NCBI GenBank assembly: GCA_963712115.1
Contig: CAVQGX010000020.1
Location: 160,001-224,000 of the forward strand
DNA length: 64,000 nucleotides
Origin: an uncultured delta proteobacterium
Lineage (GTDB): Bacteria; Desulfobacterota; Syntrophobacteria; BM002
Direction: 5' to 3'
Each line of letters begins with the position of its first letter. The stretch's first letter is position 1. Under the pieces are notes generated by a model. That model worked only from the letters and a program-made list of their open reading frames with translations. It had not been told where the DNA came from and made no database searches. Both the position numbers and the translations under genes were made by a program. Below, piece by piece: positions 22,173 to 30,569 of this stretch.

Positions 22173-22712
22173 TTATAGTGGTCCATTCAGACTGACTGCC
22201 CCAGCCGCTGATAGCACGACGTTGTAGGTTCTGGGTCCATTGGTCAAAGACACTGTTCCTCCGCCCCCAACGGGTATGCCTCTGGTATTGATCTGAAATG
22301 TGGTTACGGGTGTGGTGGGCGGAGTCAAAGTCACCTTGGATGGCATGGTCATTTCTTTCAAGGTCTGGCCACTAATTATGACCTTGCATTTGCCAACACC
22401 TTTTCCTCCCTCAGTGAACTCTATGGAAGCTGTGGCATTACGTTTGGCCGCCTCTATTTTAGCGAACTGAAAATAGGAGACTACGTTCCTGGCCGTGGCT
22501 CTGAGGTTCATGTTGTCTCGCCACCCAGGGAGGCTAAGAGTTGTGACAGTGGCCAGGATTGCAATAATGGCCATGATGACTATCAGCTCAATAATGGTGA
22601 AACCGCGGCTGTGGTGGTTATGGTCAGTATTTGCCACTAAAAGAGGCTTTGGGAATAATTGCTTCACTTCGTAGCGCTCTAAGATTGCCGAAAAAACTGT
22701 TGCTAATAACAT
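22173..22712 (-). CDS. FimT/FimU (GspH-like) minor pilin 1
   Basis: RG|FTIIELIVIMAII, AKIEAAKRN; start moved to ATG 22712 (GGAGG RBS, downstream of the sigma-54 site). Confidence 0.85.
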   Translation of the reverse strand: MLLATVFSAILERYEVKQLFPKPLLVANTDHNHHSRGFTIIELIVIMAIIAILATVTTLSLPGWRDNMNLRATARNVVSYFQFAKIEAAKRNATASIEFTEGGKGVGKCKVIISGQTLKEMTMPSKVTLTPPTTPVTTFQINTRGIPVGGGGTVSLTNGPRTYNVVLSAAGAVSLNGPL

Positions 22713-22738
22713 TTCTGGACCCTCCGGCGAGTTATTTG

Positions 22739-22754
22739 AGCAAATTCTGTGCCA
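22739..22754 (-). promoter_or_regulatory. Sigma-54 promoter of pilin cassette 1
   Basis: TGGCAC-AGAAT-TTGCT, perfect consensus. Confidence 0.85.
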
Positions 22755-23028
22755 TTGAAAAGAAATGTTAGTTGCCAATAAGAAAGAAAGGAGTAAGTTG
22801 AGCGATGTTTCTAAATATCAAGTAATAACAAAACATTACAAAGTCATATCCGAGAAGATCAAATTTCCCTTTGCCCCCGGCCACTGTGGGAAGGGAAGGT
22901 GATTCTTACAATAATTTAATAGTTATTTAACTTTTTTAATAGTAGAACTTGTAAAAATTCCCCTAGATCCCCTCTCCGAGGCGTAGCCTCTGCAAGTCAG
23001 AGGCCTTTACAAAAGGGGTAGATTCTAT

Positions 23029-23202
23029 ATAGGGGCGGGGTTTGCCCCCGCCCGTCAGACTTTTAAACCGCAGAATATCGAACAAGGAATATCGAATATC
23101 GAAGTGACCCCTTCATGATTCTGCGGTTTTTTGTTCTGCTGTTCGACCTGCCCGCCATCGTCCGCCTGAGGCGGACTCAGGCGAGGCGGGCGGGTATTCA
23201 AT
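23029..23202. repeat. REP plus empty GAATATCGAACAAGG element carrying a 48-nt palindromic insertion (23147-23194)
   Basis: Inverted copy of 14554-14680 with cctgcccgccatcgtccgcctgaggcggactcaggcgaggcgggcggg inserted between ttcga and tattcaat. Confidence 0.85.
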
Positions 23203-23263
23203 GGTCTTAGAGTGGGGTTGGGGGAGATTTTTCCGGTTGGCATCAATTGCAGAAACTCGTAGA

Positions 23264-23336
23264 CCCGCAGAATATCGAACAAGGAATATGGAAGTGATCC
23301 CTTCGTGATTCTGCGGTTCCTTGTTCTACATTCGAT
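23264..23336. repeat. Shorter empty GAATATCGAACAAGG element
   Basis: ccgcagaatatcgaacaaggaatatggaagtgatcccttcgtgattctgcggttccttgttctacattcga. Confidence 0.8.
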
Positions 23337-23339
23337 TTG

Positions 23340-23654
23340 TTACTTCAGCACTATGATTCTGATGTATTTGATCTTTTCCTTGGTTTTGGCCTTGGGGTCG
23401 AAGGTTTTTTCTCCGATGATCTTAATTTCAGTTCCACCTTTGAGAGCATCAAAACCCAGAATTTCTCCAGACTCGTTTTGAATGGTGATGTCCTCATCAA
23501 ATTGATAGATCTTTCTGTCAACTTCATAGGTGCGAGACTGCGGAGCAAAGTCACCGATGATCCCCTGAATTTCGATGGTCTTGTTGGGTTCTCCCTTGGT
23601 GAAGTTAGGGATAAGCAAGAGGGTCAGGAACAAAAGGAATATATTCTTTTTCAT
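23340..23654 (-). CDS. Small secreted beta-rich protein downstream of pilY1-2 (PilY2-like position)
   Basis: Signal peptide MKKNIFLLFLTLLLIPN; same strand and directly after pilY1. Confidence 0.65.
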   Translation of the reverse strand: MKKNIFLLFLTLLLIPNFTKGEPNKTIEIQGIIGDFAPQSRTYEVDRKIYQFDEDITIQNESGEILGFDALKGGTEIKIIGEKTFDPKAKTKEKIKYIRIIVLK

Positions 23655-23705
23655 TTAAAAGTACTCCTAGCACAAGTTAGTGCGGAAAAATCTCCATCAG
23701 CACCA

Positions 23706-26700
23706 CTAATCCACGGTCCTCCAGGAGCCAACGCCCCAAAGCTTACCGGTCAGAGTCACGGTCTCAACATATACGGTAGTATCACTCGTCTGCACCATGA
23801 TGCTGGACTGTCCGGTGCCGAGATCCCTGTAGAATACAGGTTTCGAAGGAAGACCGACGCCCAATTCCTTGTATCTTTCTGTGATATTCCCACCACCTTC
23901 AGCCGACAGGGTGGTGACGTCACCTGCGGTGGCAATGAAGCCTGTCTTGTAGTCCACTGCATACAATCTGGCATTCCCTCCATAGCCACAAATGTCCTCG
24001 TTGGGATAAAAGGAGGTGAAAAAGGAAACACCGGCAACCACTACTGATTCCTCCAGCACTCTCTCCCCTGGATCACCTGCTGGATCATCCAGATTGAAAT
24101 ACCAGCCAACACCATCTTTTTTGTCGTTGAAGGCCTGCTGTTCTGCCTCAGTAAGCCCAGTGAGATAGTTGCTGAGTTCTCCCTCGGTTCGCAACGAGGT
24201 AATATCCGCCAAATCACTCGGGTCTAAGGGTGTTACTGGAGCAACGGTGTAGTGGTCGCCATTCAGGTCCTTGGGCAGCTTTGCCACGAATTTCTTCTCA
24301 ATGACGCAATAATAGGTATTTCTGGTGGTGTCGTCTTTATCTTGTCCCACCAGGTATTTCCCAGTGCCGAAGAATATCCTCAAGTTCTGCTGGTCATCAA
24401 AGACAAGGGTTGGCCTGCCGGTGATGGGTTGGCCGCCGGTGTCGAACAACTTGACTTTCTTCCAGAGGGTGTCGTTGTAGTCATAGTAGAACTTCCACAG
24501 TCCACCTTCAGTGTCGCCCGCGTAGATCAAATCGAGATAGCCATCATTGTCGGAATCCACAGCAACAGGGGAAGTTAAGCTGTAGTAGGCGTTCGAACCA
24601 CTCTTGGCCTGGGTGGCCAACTGATTAAATTCCGAATTACCTTCTTTCCAGATGGTTTCCTTAGTGCCGTCGGTGAAGTTCACCGCGGCAATCATTCCGG
24701 TCCTTGAGTCACTTTCATCGTAGCCGGAGGTGATGATGGCGAGCCATTTATCAACCTCTCCACTTTCTCCCTCCAGAGCCTTGACCTTGCCGACAAAGGG
24801 CATGGTGGAGGACTTTCTCCCTGAAAAGAGCACCTTGTCCCAGAGGATGGAAACGGAGTCTGCCGCAGGGTCAGTTATATCGAGGGCGAAGTATTCCTCC
24901 CCTCCTAATCTATTGCCGCCCAGCAAAACGGTTTTCCAACCGGTCCAGTCATTACCGCCGGACTTCCAGGCCACATCGTAAACGTCGCTGGCTGTTGCAG
25001 TTAAATCCACATAGTACTTGTGACAGGCCTCGAGAGTCAGATTGGTCAGGTACTGACGTATGTGTTCTGGAATAAAGGACCAGGCCTCTGAACCGTCGGA
25101 GGAGTTGAAGGCATGGAGCATGCCGTCGTTTGCCCCCACATAAACCATGGTGGATCTATTGAGGTTGTTGCTTTTGAAGGTCTGATAGTCATTCTCCAAG
25201 AAAAAGGATCTCGGGTGACCTACTACCGCCGGGGCGGAATAGATGATATCACCGAGGTACCATCCCTTTCTGTCCCTGTACTTGCCTCCGTCGTTGCTGT
25301 CTTTGCCCCTCAAGAAATCTATGATGTCCTGAACCTCGCTGTCGTCAGACTCTGACCATTCACTGTTCAAGGCATCCACCAGGGTGGGGTTGTCCCTTTC
25401 GAACTCCTGCTTCTTGTCGGTTAACTCAGAGCCAATGTAGGTGAAGATTTCCCGGTCATCGGCACTGTTGAGATCTATCCTGTCGGCCAGGACTTGGCCG
25501 GCCTCCCAAAGGGGAGTTTTTCCATCAAAATAGGGCTGGGTAAAGGCCTCCAGAAAACCCTGCCAGGATAGAGGCAGGAACTTGGCCCTGATTAAGTAGC
25601 TTGCCGATTCGGCGGAAGTTGTTATGGTCGAAACTGCCGTACCGGCAGATATTCGGTTCAGAATATCAGTAATCGCCTTGCTCAGAGCCGAGGTCAGGGC
25701 GTCAGCGCTGTCGGCGGTGAAATAGAGCCCTCCTCCGTTGGCGGCCGTTTGTGCCAGAAGAGTAAAATCAGTAAAAAAACCAACTACATAGGTAACTAAA
25801 TTTTGCTTGCCCTCTATGTCTGAACGCATGTCGTTTTCGTATAAGTATTTTGCCACATCATCGAGATAGGTGGTCTCACCTTCATCGCCTGAAGCACCGA
25901 CATATTTGCGATCTTCGCTTTCCCCGTCGTTGTCGTAGTCACCAATGACATCGGTCACCACGGACCAGTCGTTGTCGTACCAGGGCAAACCGTCGGTAAT
26001 GAAGATAATGAAAGATTGCTGACATTTGTTTTCTATGGGACTGGTTGTATCCAGGTATCTGCCCTGATCGCTGCTATTGGAGGCGATACAGTCGTTGATG
26101 CCGCCAGGCAGGGAGACATAGGCAAAGTAAGTGTAATCCGCATTGCCACTACCATTGCGGTTCCCCCCCAGGGTGACCATGCCGGCATCGAACTGCTTTT
26201 CGTATATTCTCAAGGTCTTGCCCCAGGATGTTGAGACAGTGTTGCTGGTCTGGGTGTAGCTCTCGAGCCAGGTAGGGATGGTCTTGCCGCTCTGGTAGGC
26301 CACGTAGACCTTTGCTGCCACCGGAAGGTTCAAGTCAATGAGGCCAGCGGAAGTGTTGTATTTGTCGCTGAATCTATCGTTATAGGTTCTGATGGCCACA
26401 TAATTTTCAAAGCCGGCGGGCTGAGACGAGATGGTATCGTCGCTGTCTAGCCAGGGCCTTACTCCTGAGGAGAGTGTTCCTGTTCTATAATGACAGCTGC
26501 TCTCGCTGTGATCCGGGTGGTATGGCTTGCTGTAGGCTCCAAAGCCAGAAGGGCCCTTACCCGCTTTTTGGCTGGTGGTGTAAGCGTCGTCAGTGTCCCA
26601 ATCATTGTCGCTGCCGTGGGCCAGGGTGGCGGTTATGGTTGTGGCGGAGACCGCGGTTATGCTCCCATAAGAGCCGTCGGTGGTATTGAAGATCAGATCG

Positions 26701-27287
26701 CCGGTTTCGATGGAGTCGTTGACAAAATCAGCATTTTCGTCTGTCAGAATGGCTGCATCGTCGCTTCCGGTGTGGGAGCCCCCTACCTCAACAGTGGCAA
26801 AGTATTGGCCGGCTGTGGCCAGGGTTTCGGCCAGAACTGTCCAGGTCTGTGGATGACCAGCGTCAGATCCCCAGTCGGCAATATATTGTTTTATCTCACT
26901 TCCCGGGGTGCCAACGGGTTTCAACAGCTTGCCGCCCTGCCTGACGTAAGAGCTCTCTATGCTTATGTTGTCATTTCCCCAGTAATTGGAGCCGTCCATT
27001 CTCATCAAACCGAAGCGCACATTGGGAAAATCATCAATTATTTTGGGCACAACATCTCGGGCAATATTCCAGCGGGACTCACCACTGGGAGTATCACTGT
27101 TCATGGATCCAGAATGGTCCAGAATGATCAGAATATTGGGTTTCCCGGTCTCGGTGGAAGAAAATGGCGGATAGGGGCAGTTGTCCAGAGCTTGCGCATC
27201 TGCGCTGTCGGAGCCAGACACAACCAGTACGAAAAAGAGGCTCAGCAAAAAGGGAAGCAGGATGTATTTTTTCCTCAGTGAAATCAT
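23706..27287 (-). CDS. pilY1: PilY1-family adhesin 2 with N-terminal vWA domain
   Basis: Signal peptide, ILIILDHSGSM (MIDAS), IFITDG; LGDIIYS, YVGANDGMLHAFN, DLIYAGD, FFGTGK, VQTSD. Confidence 0.92.
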   Translation of the reverse strand: MISLRKKYILLPFLLSLFFVLVVSGSDSADAQALDNCPYPPFSSTETGKPNILIILDHSGSMNSDTPSGESRWNIARDVVPKIIDDFPNVRFGLMRMDGSNYWGNDNISIESSYVRQGGKLLKPVGTPGSEIKQYIADWGSDAGHPQTWTVLAETLATAGQYFATVEVGGSHTGSDDAAILTDENADFVNDSIETGDLIFNTTDGSYGSITAVSATTITATLAHGSDNDWDTDDAYTTSQKAGKGPSGFGAYSKPYHPDHSESSCHYRTGTLSSGVRPWLDSDDTISSQPAGFENYVAIRTYNDRFSDKYNTSAGLIDLNLPVAAKVYVAYQSGKTIPTWLESYTQTSNTVSTSWGKTLRIYEKQFDAGMVTLGGNRNGSGNADYTYFAYVSLPGGINDCIASNSSDQGRYLDTTSPIENKCQQSFIIFITDGLPWYDNDWSVVTDVIGDYDNDGESEDRKYVGASGDEGETTYLDDVAKYLYENDMRSDIEGKQNLVTYVVGFFTDFTLLAQTAANGGGLYFTADSADALTSALSKAITDILNRISAGTAVSTITTSAESASYLIRAKFLPLSWQGFLEAFTQPYFDGKTPLWEAGQVLADRIDLNSADDREIFTYIGSELTDKKQEFERDNPTLVDALNSEWSESDDSEVQDIIDFLRGKDSNDGGKYRDRKGWYLGDIIYSAPAVVGHPRSFFLENDYQTFKSNNLNRSTMVYVGANDGMLHAFNSSDGSEAWSFIPEHIRQYLTNLTLEACHKYYVDLTATASDVYDVAWKSGGNDWTGWKTVLLGGNRLGGEEYFALDITDPAADSVSILWDKVLFSGRKSSTMPFVGKVKALEGESGEVDKWLAIITSGYDESDSRTGMIAAVNFTDGTKETIWKEGNSEFNQLATQAKSGSNAYYSLTSPVAVDSDNDGYLDLIYAGDTEGGLWKFYYDYNDTLWKKVKLFDTGGQPITGRPTLVFDDQQNLRIFFGTGKYLVGQDKDDTTRNTYYCVIEKKFVAKLPKDLNGDHYTVAPVTPLDPSDLADITSLRTEGELSNYLTGLTEAEQQAFNDKKDGVGWYFNLDDPAGDPGERVLEESVVVAGVSFFTSFYPNEDICGYGGNARLYAVDYKTGFIATAGDVTTLSAEGGGNITERYKELGVGLPSKPVFYRDLGTGQSSIMVQTSDTTVYVETVTLTGKLWGVGSWRTVD

Positions 27288-27288
27288 A

Positions 27289-27783
27289 TCAATAGCCTCC
27301 CATATCGAAAACTTTGCCTGCGGTTACTTCAACTTCTGATCGGGCGTTGCCGGGTCCGACCCCAACAGAATTCACCCGGTAATTGAATCTTCTGAAGCTG
27401 GTGCCATAACCCGTCACCGGCGCTGTTCCGGCGAATTCCACCTTTACGAAATATTGAGTGTTAATATCGTTTGCAAGAGGGATACCAACCGTTGCCGCTT
27501 CCTCGAGGCTACCCACAACCGGAGTGAAAGTTGTTCCATCCCAAACCCGGTTGTCAGTAACCCCGGGAAATTGATTGTCCAGCCAGTTCAAACCCCTTTG
27601 CCAGCCGCTTTCGGCTGAGTAAAAGGCCAATTCGTAGAATTTCTCGCTGCCGGCCATCTGAACCTGAACGGTGCTGGTGGTGGTGGCAGAGATGCCCATC
27701 AGGGTGAGTAATACCAGGATGAGCAGGGCAAGCACCAGGGCAGAGCCTTTTTCGTCAGCGCAGATTGAAGTAAGGTATTTCAT
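27289..27783 (-). CDS. pilX: PilX-like minor pilin 2
   Basis: EKG|SALVLALLILVLLTLMG, AFYSAESG. Confidence 0.85.
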   Translation of the reverse strand: MKYLTSICADEKGSALVLALLILVLLTLMGISATTTSTVQVQMAGSEKFYELAFYSAESGWQRGLNWLDNQFPGVTDNRVWDGTTFTPVVGSLEEAATVGIPLANDINTQYFVKVEFAGTAPVTGYGTSFRRFNYRVNSVGVGPGNARSEVEVTAGKVFDMGGY

Positions 27784-27867
27784 GCTCTTGGGCTTTCTCC
27801 CCCCCTCCCTTGACGATGGTCTTTACACCTATTTGAGACAGTGGGTATTTTCATAATGAAATTTTTT

Positions 27868-28005
27868 AAACCGCAGAATATCGAACAAGGAATGCCGAAT
27901 ATCGAAGTGATTACTTCATGATTCTGCGGTTCCTTGTTCTGCATTCGACCTGCCCGCCATCGTCCGCCTGAGGCGGACTCAGGCGAGGCGGGCGGGATAT
28001 TCAAT
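27868..28005. repeat. Empty GAATATCGAACAAGG element with the same 48-nt insertion (27949-27996), inside pilin cassette 2
   Basis: Near-identical to 23065-23202. Confidence 0.85.
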
Positions 28006-28033
28006 GTTCTTGCCTCTCGAGGGGGATTTTCCC

Positions 28034-28524
28034 CTAGCTAAGATCCGTCTTTACAAAATCCAGGTAAATGCGTTTGTCCTTTCCCCTTTCGGTCCAAGTA
28101 ACGATCACTCTCATTCTACTGCTGTTGGCGGCAGGTTCGTTCACTGCCACATTCCAATAAATACTGTATCTGCCATTGACATTCAGTTGCCGAGTCATCC
28201 GCTATCACGTTTCCAACACTCATCCACCGTATCATTCAGACCAAAGTTCCCCCCGTCGTCGTCATTGCCGTCGTTATCTGCATCTTGGTTGGTACCATCG
28301 CCGTCGTCGTCCAAGCCAACGAGAGCGCTGTAAGGCAGGTTCATCAAATCTTCTGCCTTGGCTTGGGCCAGGGTAACTCCCTGTGACAGGTCACTGGCCC
28401 TGGAGTTGGTCTTTATGGCCGTGACCTGCATGGTTGCCACTGCCATGAGACCAAAACCCAAAATCCCCAGGGCAACGAGAACCTCTACCAGGGTGTAGCC
28501 TTCCTCTTTCTTAACTCTTTTCAT
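28034..28524 (-). CDS. pilV: PilV-like minor pilin 2 (several indels in the 3' half)
   Basis: EG|YTLVEVLVALGILGFGL; shifted frames continue NGRYSIYWNVAVNEP...RVIVTWTERG...YLDFVKTDLS, paralleling PilV-1. Confidence 0.8.
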
Positions 28525-28540
28525 TTCTTCACGCTTTGTC

Positions 28541-29414
28541 TTACAGTGCCATATTTCTGCACCTGACCGTAGTTGTCACCAGATTGCGTCTATTCTGGTC
28601 ATTTCTGGTCATTATCCTGTTACCTACGACGTATGTTTCGGAACGACTGTATCTGCGATCAGATTGCCCTGTTTTGGCGAGGAGCCATATCTTGACTGCT
28701 ACTATTTTGTCTAAATCCACCGGGGCTGGAAGTAGCGTCGCCAGCATCATTGTCGTCGATTAGTCCATCGCCGTTGGTATCGTCGCTAGCATCAATAGCC
28801 CCATCATCGTTGCCGTCAAGTTTCACGTTAAGCCGTTCGTCTGTATCCGAGTCGTCAGCGTCAATAGCCCAGATAATATTCCCACCATCCTCGAAAGCAT
28901 AGGCGAAACCAAGGGCTTCGATGTTTTCGACTACCGTTAGCCATGCATTGTTGTCTACGTCGAATCTCTGGAGATTATTGCCTGCTACTCTAAAGGCAAT
29001 TTGTTCATCGAAGTTTGCATCTAAGACACCATTTCCATTGTCGTCGAGGGTGAAGGCAATACTATTAGAGCCCGTTGAAGTCCTGTCTGGATCACCATCA
29101 CCCAAATCATCACCTGGTAATCTTGCTACAAAACTTGTTACAAAATTTCCAACATTGAGCGTTCTCGTGGGATTATACCCGGCCATCCTAATATCTTTCA
29201 TTAGTACATACTTTGCTATCCGGGCGTTTTGCTGCATTTCTGCGACCTGCTCCTGCAGAAGATAGGAATCCTGTTGGGTCACATAAACCTTGTAGACTCC
29301 GGCCATGACGACGAGGGTAATTGCCATGGCCACCAGAAGCTCAATCAGGCTGTAGCCGTGGCCATAAAACAATTCTTTGCAGCTATGGCGTTTCTTTTCT
29401 AAGGCTGTCCTCAC
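28541..29414 (-). CDS. pilW: PilW-like minor pilin 2 (indel near 28735)
   Basis: HG|YSLIELLVAMAI, MQQNAR, DIRMAGY; C-terminal TTTVRCRNMAL in ORF 28541..28750. Confidence 0.85.
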
Positions 29415-29460
29415 GAAGCATCCTCAGGTGAAGATTTCAACAACTACCACTCCGTAGATT

Positions 29461-30042
29461 TTATTTTTTACATTCATCTATTGGTTTAGGCCCCTCCAGT
29501 TTCAACCCTCCAGAGGTTTTTTTAAATTTCACCTCATAACACCGCTCATTGTTGGAAACCGTCACTACACCTTCATCATCAGTAAAACTAGAATCAACTG
29601 GAAAACCACGGGAATTGTAGCCAGCCGCATTTGCAGCGAATGTTGTCTTGTCCAGGTTGACATCGACGGGCATTTCGACATACTTCAAGCGCTCCTCAGT
29701 GCCATCCTGCGACCGATTACCAGCATTTCCTCCCGCCCCCGCTCCATTGTCCACAAATATAATGTAGCTACCCGGACTATTCCCAACATCGGGGTAGAAG
29801 TTCAAAGCGATGTTACTGCTGCGCTTGACCGCTTCCAAACGAGCATACTGGAAGTAGGTAAACAGGTCCCTGGCCGCACTTTTCAGCCGCTGGTTGCTTG
29901 CCCAACCCGAAAGGTTGGGAATTGCAACTGCAGCCAGTGCCATCAGAATAGCAATAACGATCAATACCTCGACCGTAGTGAAACCCCCAGGTTGATGACC
30001 TATGCAGTGAACTCCGTCCTTTGTCATAATCATCTGAGCCAC
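29461..30042 (-). CDS. FimT/FimU-like minor pilin 2
   Basis: GG|FTTVEVLIVIAIL, ARLEAVKRS, YNSRG. Confidence 0.85.
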   Translation of the reverse strand: MAQMIMTKDGVHCIGHQPGGFTTVEVLIVIAILMALAAVAIPNLSGWASNQRLKSAARDLFTYFQYARLEAVKRSSNIALNFYPDVGNSPGSYIIFVDNGAGAGGNAGNRSQDGTEERLKYVEMPVDVNLDKTTFAANAAGYNSRGFPVDSSFTDDEGVVTVSNNERCYEVKFKKTSGGLKLEGPKPIDECKK

Positions 30043-30078
30043 CAGGGGGCTAGAAATTCTTCACCCTCAAATGAATTG

Positions 30079-30094
30079 AGCAATTTATATGCCA
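30079..30094 (-). promoter_or_regulatory. Sigma-54 promoter of pilin cassette 2
   Basis: TGGCAT-ATAAA-TTGCT. Confidence 0.85.
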
Positions 30095-30569
30095 GTAGGT
30101 AGAAGCTTTGGATGTTACTGCTGTAAAGCAACTACACATAGCAGAATACGTATGAAAATTCAGGGTGTACGATGTGAGAGCAGCGAGGTTTATTTCCATC
30201 CCGGGCCATTACTTGGCTTCAATAGAGAGCCTAGTGTTATTAAAAAATTTAATAGTAGTTAATTTTTTTGTATTCTATGGAAATGTTTGCGGGATTTTTT
30301 TCATCCCCCTCCGGAATAGCTGAGGCTCATACACCAGGCTTCGGGTATTATAAGGCTTATAGACAGTAATTGTAAACCAACTGCATATAGCCATACCAGG
30401 TAAATCATCTTGACCCTCGCCATGGTTTTGAGGACAATGGCACTGTCTAGTGTCCATCCGGAAACCAGAGATTTCCGGATAGAGCTGCCAGCAGTCAGCT
30501 TAAGCTCTTATTATTATCGTATTTTTAGCTGAATCCTGAGCGCTGAAACCTAAGGAGAACAAGTTCTCA

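Noticed and set aside
23055-23282. ORFs 23055..23282, 27780..28004, 8093..8476, 43995..44357, 11687..11947 and 14285..14467 as genes
   Set aside because: They are translations of intergenic repeat elements; their mutual similarity reflects the DNA repeats.
16078-27281. Long antisense ORFs such as 16078..16923 and 26490..27281 (also 6977..7687 and 55075..55746)
   Set aside because: Shadow frames of well-supported genes on the opposite strand, with no recognisable motifs.
30437-30452. Sigma-54 promoter before pilB (TGGCAC)
   Set aside because: No TTGC at the -12 position.
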